From NCBI GenBank assembly GCA_963676795.2, contig CAXXTB010000002.1, positions 448,001 to 512,000 of the forward strand: a DNA stretch of 64,000 nucleotides. The letters are read 5' to 3'. Position numbers and translations under genes: made by a program. The stretch is from Geopsychrobacteraceae bacterium. GTDB lineage: Bacteria; Desulfobacterota; Desulfuromonadia; Desulfuromonadales; Geopsychrobacteraceae. Shown here piece by piece: positions 59,042 to 64,000 of the stretch (position 1 is the stretch's first letter; the number at the start of each line of letters is the position of its first letter). Below the pieces are notes generated by a model. That model ran no database searches, had not been told where the DNA came from, and saw nothing but the letters and a program-made list of their open reading frames with translations.

Positions 59042-60190
59042 TCAGTTGACTGGCTCAAGCCGCAGCAGTTTGCCGTTATTTTCATCGGTCAGCAGATAGA
59101 GCAGTCCGTCCGGCCCCTGTCTGACATCACGGATGCGTCCGAAGTTGTTTTTTATCAGCCGCTCCTCGTGGACGATTTTATCCCCGTCCAGCTCAAGCCT
59201 GACCAGCATCTGGTCCTTTAGGGCTCCGACAAAAAGATTTCCCTGCCATTGCGGGAATCTGTCTCCCGTATAAAAAGCCATTCCTGACGGGGCGATGGAC
59301 GGAACCCAGCTGTAGATCGGCTGTTCCATCCCGTCCTTGTGAGTTCCTTCGCCGATCCTGGTTCCGCTGCCGTAATTAACACCATAGGTGATGACCGGCC
59401 AGCCGTAGTTGGCGCCGGGGCGGATGATGTTGATCTCGTCCCCCCCTTGCGGGCCGTGCTCGTGAGTCCAGAGTTGCCCGCTTTGCGGGTTGATGGCCGC
59501 TCCCTGCATGTTGCGGTGACCGAGGTCGAACTTTTCCGGCTTCCAGTCAGGCTGGCCGACAAAGGGATTGTCGGCAGGGACGCTGCCGTCGTCGTGCAGG
59601 CGGATGACGGAGCCGGCATGATCTCCCGGTTGTTGCGCGCGCTCTTTCTCGCCCCGATCACCCAAGGTGATATAGAGGTCGCCCTGCCGGTCGAACACAA
59701 GCCGGGAACCGAAATGCTGTCCCTTGGCTGATTTAGGTTCCATGCGGAAGATGACCTTAAGGTCGGTGAGCTTGTTCCCGTCCAGTCTTGCCCGGGCGAC
59801 TTCCGTTCCATAGCCGCCGGAGCCTTGGGCTGCATAACTCAGGTAGATCAGCTTGTTGGCCGAGAAGTCCGGATGGACAGCAATATCGAGCACCCCCCCC
59901 TGGCCATGCACGGTGATCTGGGGCAGCCCAGTGACTGCTTGCGGATCAAGAGCATTAGCGCTGAAAAGTCTTAATCGGCCCGGCTTCTCAGTGATCAGGA
60001 TGTTGCCGTTTGGCAGAAAAGCAAGCGACCAGGGATGGTCGAGTCCGCTGGCCAGCTCGGCAACCTGAAAACTTTGTTTTTCACTCTGGAAAGACCTGGG
60101 GGCCTCTTTGAATCCAAGCAGCAGGGTCATCCCGGAAAACAGCAGAATAGCCAGCACCAGCATGGAGAGTTGAATCGAGATTCGCTTCAT
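59042..60190 (-). CDS. PQQ-dependent sugar dehydrogenase (YliI/GSDH family)
   Basis: HFGSRL, GHRNMQG, EHGPQGGDEIN, NYGWP, IAPSG and GRIRDV. Confidence 0.92.
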   Translation of the reverse strand: MKRISIQLSMLVLAILLFSGMTLLLGFKEAPRSFQSEKQSFQVAELASGLDHPWSLAFLPNGNILITEKPGRLRLFSANALDPQAVTGLPQITVHGQGGVLDIAVHPDFSANKLIYLSYAAQGSGGYGTEVARARLDGNKLTDLKVIFRMEPKSAKGQHFGSRLVFDRQGDLYITLGDRGEKERAQQPGDHAGSVIRLHDDGSVPADNPFVGQPDWKPEKFDLGHRNMQGAAINPQSGQLWTHEHGPQGGDEINIIRPGANYGWPVITYGVNYGSGTRIGEGTHKDGMEQPIYSWVPSIAPSGMAFYTGDRFPQWQGNLFVGALKDQMLVRLELDGDKIVHEERLIKNNFGRIRDVRQGPDGLLYLLTDENNGKLLRLEPVN

Positions 60191-60261
60191 AATTCATCCC
60201 TTTCGTGATTGCAGGGTTGAAAGATGATCATAACACGAATGGTAGAATCGATTCTGTCTGG

Positions 60262-60296
60262 AAAAAACGCCCGGCAGCTTGTTGTCTGCCGGGCGT
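60262..60296 (-). terminator. Intrinsic terminator after the MCP
   Basis: AAAAAACGCCCGGCAG...CTGCCGGGCGT (U-tail on the minus strand). Confidence 0.8.
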
Positions 60297-60340
60297 ACCT
60301 TTAAGTGCTTGCGTTGAAATCAACTGCAAGAATGCAGTGA

Positions 60341-62448
60341 TCAGTATTTGCCGAATTCATCATCGTCAAGGGCAATGTTTGGTTTGCTTGTCTCTACATG
60401 CCCCCAACTTGCCGCGACTTTCTTTTTTTCTTTTGCCGGTGCAGGAATGGCGGTTTTGGCAGCGGCACGTGGAGCCGGTACGCTGCGCTGGGAGCTTGTC
60501 GGTTGCCCATTCAGGTTGAACTGGCCGATCAGTTCGCGCATATAGGCCGATTGTCCCGAAAGCTCTTCGGCCGCTGCGGCACTTTCCTCAGCACCGGCTG
60601 TGTTGCGCTGAACCACCTGGTCAACCTGGGTCAGACCATCATTCACCTGGACGATTCCTTCCGCCTGATCCTTGGAGGAGGCGGCAATCTCAGCGACCAG
60701 GTCTGAAGTTTTGCCGATGCTGGTAACGATCTCGGTCAATGAGGCGGCGGTACGATTAGCGATCTCTGTACCGTTTTCACCCTTTTGTACACTGCTTTCG
60801 ATCAGGTTAGCTGTCTCCTGGGCTGCTTTGGCGCTGCGTGCGGCGAGATTACGGACTTCTTCGGCAACAACCGCAAATCCTTTACCGTGTTGACCTGCGC
60901 GTGCCGCCTCTACAGCGGCATTCAATGCCAGCAGGTTGGTCTGGAAGGCGATTTCGTCAATCGTTTTGATGATCTTGCTGATGCTCTGTCCTGATTCGTT
61001 GATATCCCGCATTGCGGTGATCATCTGTTGCATCTGGCTGCTGCCCAGATCAGCTGCATTGCGAGCTGCCGTTGCCAGCTGGCTGGCAGTTGCCGCATTT
61101 TCTGCATTGATCTGGGTCCGGCCCGAGAGCTCGTTGAGGCTGGCGCCGATCTCTTCGATCGCCGAAGCCTGTTCGGTTGCGCCTTGCGACAGATCCTGGG
61201 CCGAATCTGAGACCTGGTTGGATCCTGAATCGATTTGTTCACTGGCCGCACTGATCTGCGAAAGGATTTCATTGAGTCGTTCTGTCATGCTGCGCAGCGC
61301 GCGGCCGAGGACATCCTGGTCTGAGGCGAGTTGGACGTTTTGGGTCAGATCGCCGGCGGCAATTGCCTCGGCCAGTTCGGCGCGTTGCTGGAGACTGTCA
61401 GCCATGGAGTTGAGGGCATGGCCCAATTCACCGATCTCGTCATTGCGTTTCAGGGTCAAGCGATTGCTTAAGATCCCTTGCTGGATTTCCTTGGCAAAAA
61501 GAACGCCCTGGATAACGGCTTTGGTGACAGGTCTGACAATCAGCACGATGACTATTGCCAGGATCACCACGCCGATGATGCTGATGATCAAGTTTCTGAC
61601 GGTCAGAGCTTTGACTGTACTGAAGATATCATCAGTATCAGCAACAGCGACAATGGTCCAGCCGGTTGTCGGTTCGGTACTGAAGGCGGCTATTTTCTCG
61701 ATATTGTTGTCGGTATAGTTCAGCAAGCCGTTTTTATTGTTCAGTATGTTACGACCCCAGTCATAGTCATTGATATTAATTTTGAAAATAGCGTCCGGGT
61801 CGGAGTGTGCCGAGATTTTTCCCGTCGCATCAGTCATGTAGGCGAAGCCTTCCTGACCAATTTTGACTGGTGCGATAAATTCATCGGAAAACTTTGACAA
61901 ATCGATCGATGAAAACATGACGCCGATGATTTTGTTGCCGACTTTAAGGGGCTGAGCGATATTGAAAACGCCCTGACCGGTGACTTTGCTTTGGAGGACA
62001 TCGGAAATGTTGGGAGTTCCCTGCATCGCTTTTATAAAGTATTCGCGGCTCGCCAGGTCAAGCCCGACGACTGTTGCATTGGCGTGAGCAACGACCTTGC
62101 CCTGAGCGTTGATTACGCCCATGGAGGAATAGACGCTATAGTGGCTGATGAAATCGGCGAGATAGGAGCACACCGCGAGGGTTTCCTGTTCCGATGGCGA
62201 TTGATTGAGGGCTATATCGGTAAACTGTTGTTGCTGGCTCTGGGTAACGAGGTCGGCCTGGAGATCCTTGATCCAGGCGGTGACTTGGGTGGAAAGGCTC
62301 TCGGTTATCGCACTTTGCTGTTGGGTGATCGTTGTCTGGAAGGCGTCTTCGATAGAGAAATTGAGAGAATGCCAGAAATGAGCATGATCAGGATGATGAC
62401 GCCGATGACCGGTAGCAGGATACGGAAACGTAAAGACATGGATTTCAT
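60341..62448 (-). pseudogene. dCache-type methyl-accepting chemotaxis protein with a frameshift after TM1
   Basis: AAGGAG RBS, ATG 62448 and TM1 ([28 protein letters not shown]) are in a different frame from the Cache-HAMP-MCP ORF; may be a sequencing error. Confidence 0.8.
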
Positions 62449-62759
62449 ACGAATGTGTGCTCCTTTTATGGTTTATTTCCCTCCAGCGATCACGGCAAAA
62501 AGAAGTCAAGCAAAAAACTATGCAATATCAATTAAAATAGCGGCAATCTAATGGCAACAGATGAAATGGAATTTTTGCTAATATACTTACTGGTAGTACG
62601 TAGTTCTTTTAGATAGAATGAAGCTTAGCATTGGCAGAATTTAATATCAATGAATTTAATTTTGTCCCATGAGCTATGATTAACCTGTTGAAGTTTTGAC
62701 GATTTTTTCTTCTTTTTCTGCTGCGAACCTCAGTAGCAGGAAGAGGGCTGAATTTTTCT

Positions 62760-63782
62760 TTAACCAATTAGCGGTAGCAGGTTGCCCGGGTTATACGATG
62801 GGGAGGCCGGAATTTCTGAAAGCAGATTCACAAAATTGCCGTGTTCCGGGTGGCCTGTAAGGTGGACAGCCCTTTGCAGGAACTCTTTATGGGAGAATGT
62901 TCCCCAGTTAACCAGCTGGCTGAGATAGACGTTGGCATTGAAATCAGCCGCAAGTTCGATGAAATGCGGTATTTCACGGTAATTATTCTGCTGGACCACC
63001 ATGCTCAGGGTCAGCGGATAGCCCAGTTCTTTCAGGAAGGTGAGATTGTCGAGCAGGCGCGCAAAAGAGCCGCCGGCACGATTGATCTGATAGGTCTGCG
63101 GGGTGGCCGCATCGACGGAAATTTCCACCGACCTGACCCGCGAATGCAGGTTCGGCAACTCTGCCCAGCGCTCCTTCGTGAAGAGCTGTCCGTTTGTGTG
63201 CAGGCGCAACCGGGGGGGAGCCGCAAGGCTGTTGAGGTGGCAGAGCAACCCCCAGTAAACCGGACTGGCAAAGGGGTCTCCGTAACCGCTCAGGGTGATC
63301 TCTTCGGCCGTCGGCACCAGCTGGTCGATGATGAGCGCTGAAATTATTTCGGCCTGTCGGCGCTCTTCATCTTGGCTGACCTGGATAGACTTGCGGCAGC
63401 TTGGGCAGGCCAGGTTGCAGCTGTGATCGAAACAGAGATTCAGTTCTTTTGGCAGTGGCCAGTGATCGAGCGGCAGCTGCCTGGCCAGTTTCAGGATGGC
63501 TTTTCCCGCTTCCGAGTCAGTTGTGCAGATCGGTTGTGCTTTGTTCTTTAAAAAGGGGCAGCGTCTGGCGCTGCACAGATGCTGGCTGCCGTTCAGCATG
63601 GTCTTGCGGATTTCGACAGCTTTTGGACTGTTCCAGATTGATTCGACAGGTTCTGTCAGGATATTGCCGATCGGGTGTCTGATCCAGGCCGGGCAGCAGC
63701 AGAACACCGAACCGTCGGCGTGGATTTCGAACCAGTCGAAGGGGCGGCCGCAGATCAGCCTGTCTGTCCGGTTCGTAGTCAT
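62760..63782 (-). CDS. Radical SAM protein with an N-terminal SPASM-like domain
   Basis: CGRPF...GSVFCCC...IGNI...IWNS...C-x4-CP, then CNLACPSC and GYGDPF. Confidence 0.85.
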   Translation of the reverse strand: MTTNRTDRLICGRPFDWFEIHADGSVFCCCPAWIRHPIGNILTEPVESIWNSPKAVEIRKTMLNGSQHLCSARRCPFLKNKAQPICTTDSEAGKAILKLARQLPLDHWPLPKELNLCFDHSCNLACPSCRKSIQVSQDEERRQAEIISALIIDQLVPTAEEITLSGYGDPFASPVYWGLLCHLNSLAAPPRLRLHTNGQLFTKERWAELPNLHSRVRSVEISVDAATPQTYQINRAGGSFARLLDNLTFLKELGYPLTLSMVVQQNNYREIPHFIELAADFNANVYLSQLVNWGTFSHKEFLQRAVHLTGHPEHGNFVNLLSEIPASPSYNPGNLLPLIG

Positions 63783-63783
63783 A

Positions 63784-64000
63784 TCAATCCCGGGAGATAT
63801 TCTGCAGCTGGTTGAGCAGGATCTCCTCCAGCCTGGCGCTCAGTCGCGCGATGAGCTGCGCGTCATTTTTTTGCAGGGCCTTGAACAGTTTCTGAACCAT
63901 ACGGCGGTCATCCGTGCTCCAGTAGCTGGTGTAGCCTTCCCTTTCTCCCTGCCTGGTCAGTTCCAGGTGCTGCTGGTAGTCTCGGCGGCCGTGAGCCCAG
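63784..64000 (-). CDS. 3' end of an unidentified CDS (truncated by window end)
   Basis: Open frame WAHGRRDYQQH...LQNISRD* ending 1 nt before the radical SAM ATG. Confidence 0.7.
   Translation of the reverse strand, partial: WAHGRRDYQQHLELTRQGEREGYTSYWSTDDRRMVQKLFKALQKNDAQLIARLSARLEEILLNQLQNISRD

Noticed and set aside
62449..62509. N-terminal extension of the 722-aa MCP ORF in the track
   Set aside because: Not membrane-like and lacks an obvious RBS; the real start and TM1 are in another frame at 62448.
1..64000. CRISPR array, prophage, integrase or IS transposase
   Set aside because: No regularly spaced repeats and no ORF with such motifs were seen.

Overview
About 64 kb of mostly core chromosome from a Desulfuromonadales-like deltaproteobacterium (taxonomy inferred from gene content). 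In order it contains: the 3' part of a type II secretion operon (gspE-N), an OmpR-type two-component pair, a heme/cytochrome c biogenesis region (ahbD-hemE-hemH, ccsA-resB, hemY/G), a UDG-like gene next to a KAP P-loop NTPase, an A2-type cytochrome c oxidase operon whose subunit II carries two c-type hemes, a slyX-rhodanese-MauE/DoxX-KamA operon, a sigma-54-controlled CitMHS-AtuA unit, GGDEF, hybrid kinase and MCP signalling genes, mgtE, a photolyase, an orphan TctC, a bacterial SLC12 transporter and a radical SAM gene. No tRNA, rRNA, CRISPR array or transposase was recognised. The most notable signals are: (1) a modular non-coding repeat family at 16.25-16.61 kb and 53.83-54.27 kb, with three covarying structured 'heads' and two alternative bodies; (2) a DUF318/SO_0444-type metal permease split by an in-frame TGA that is followed by a SECIS-like hairpin, so probably a selenoprotein; (3) a readable sigma-54 promoter with three palindromic activator sites; (4) an MCP frameshifted just after TM1.
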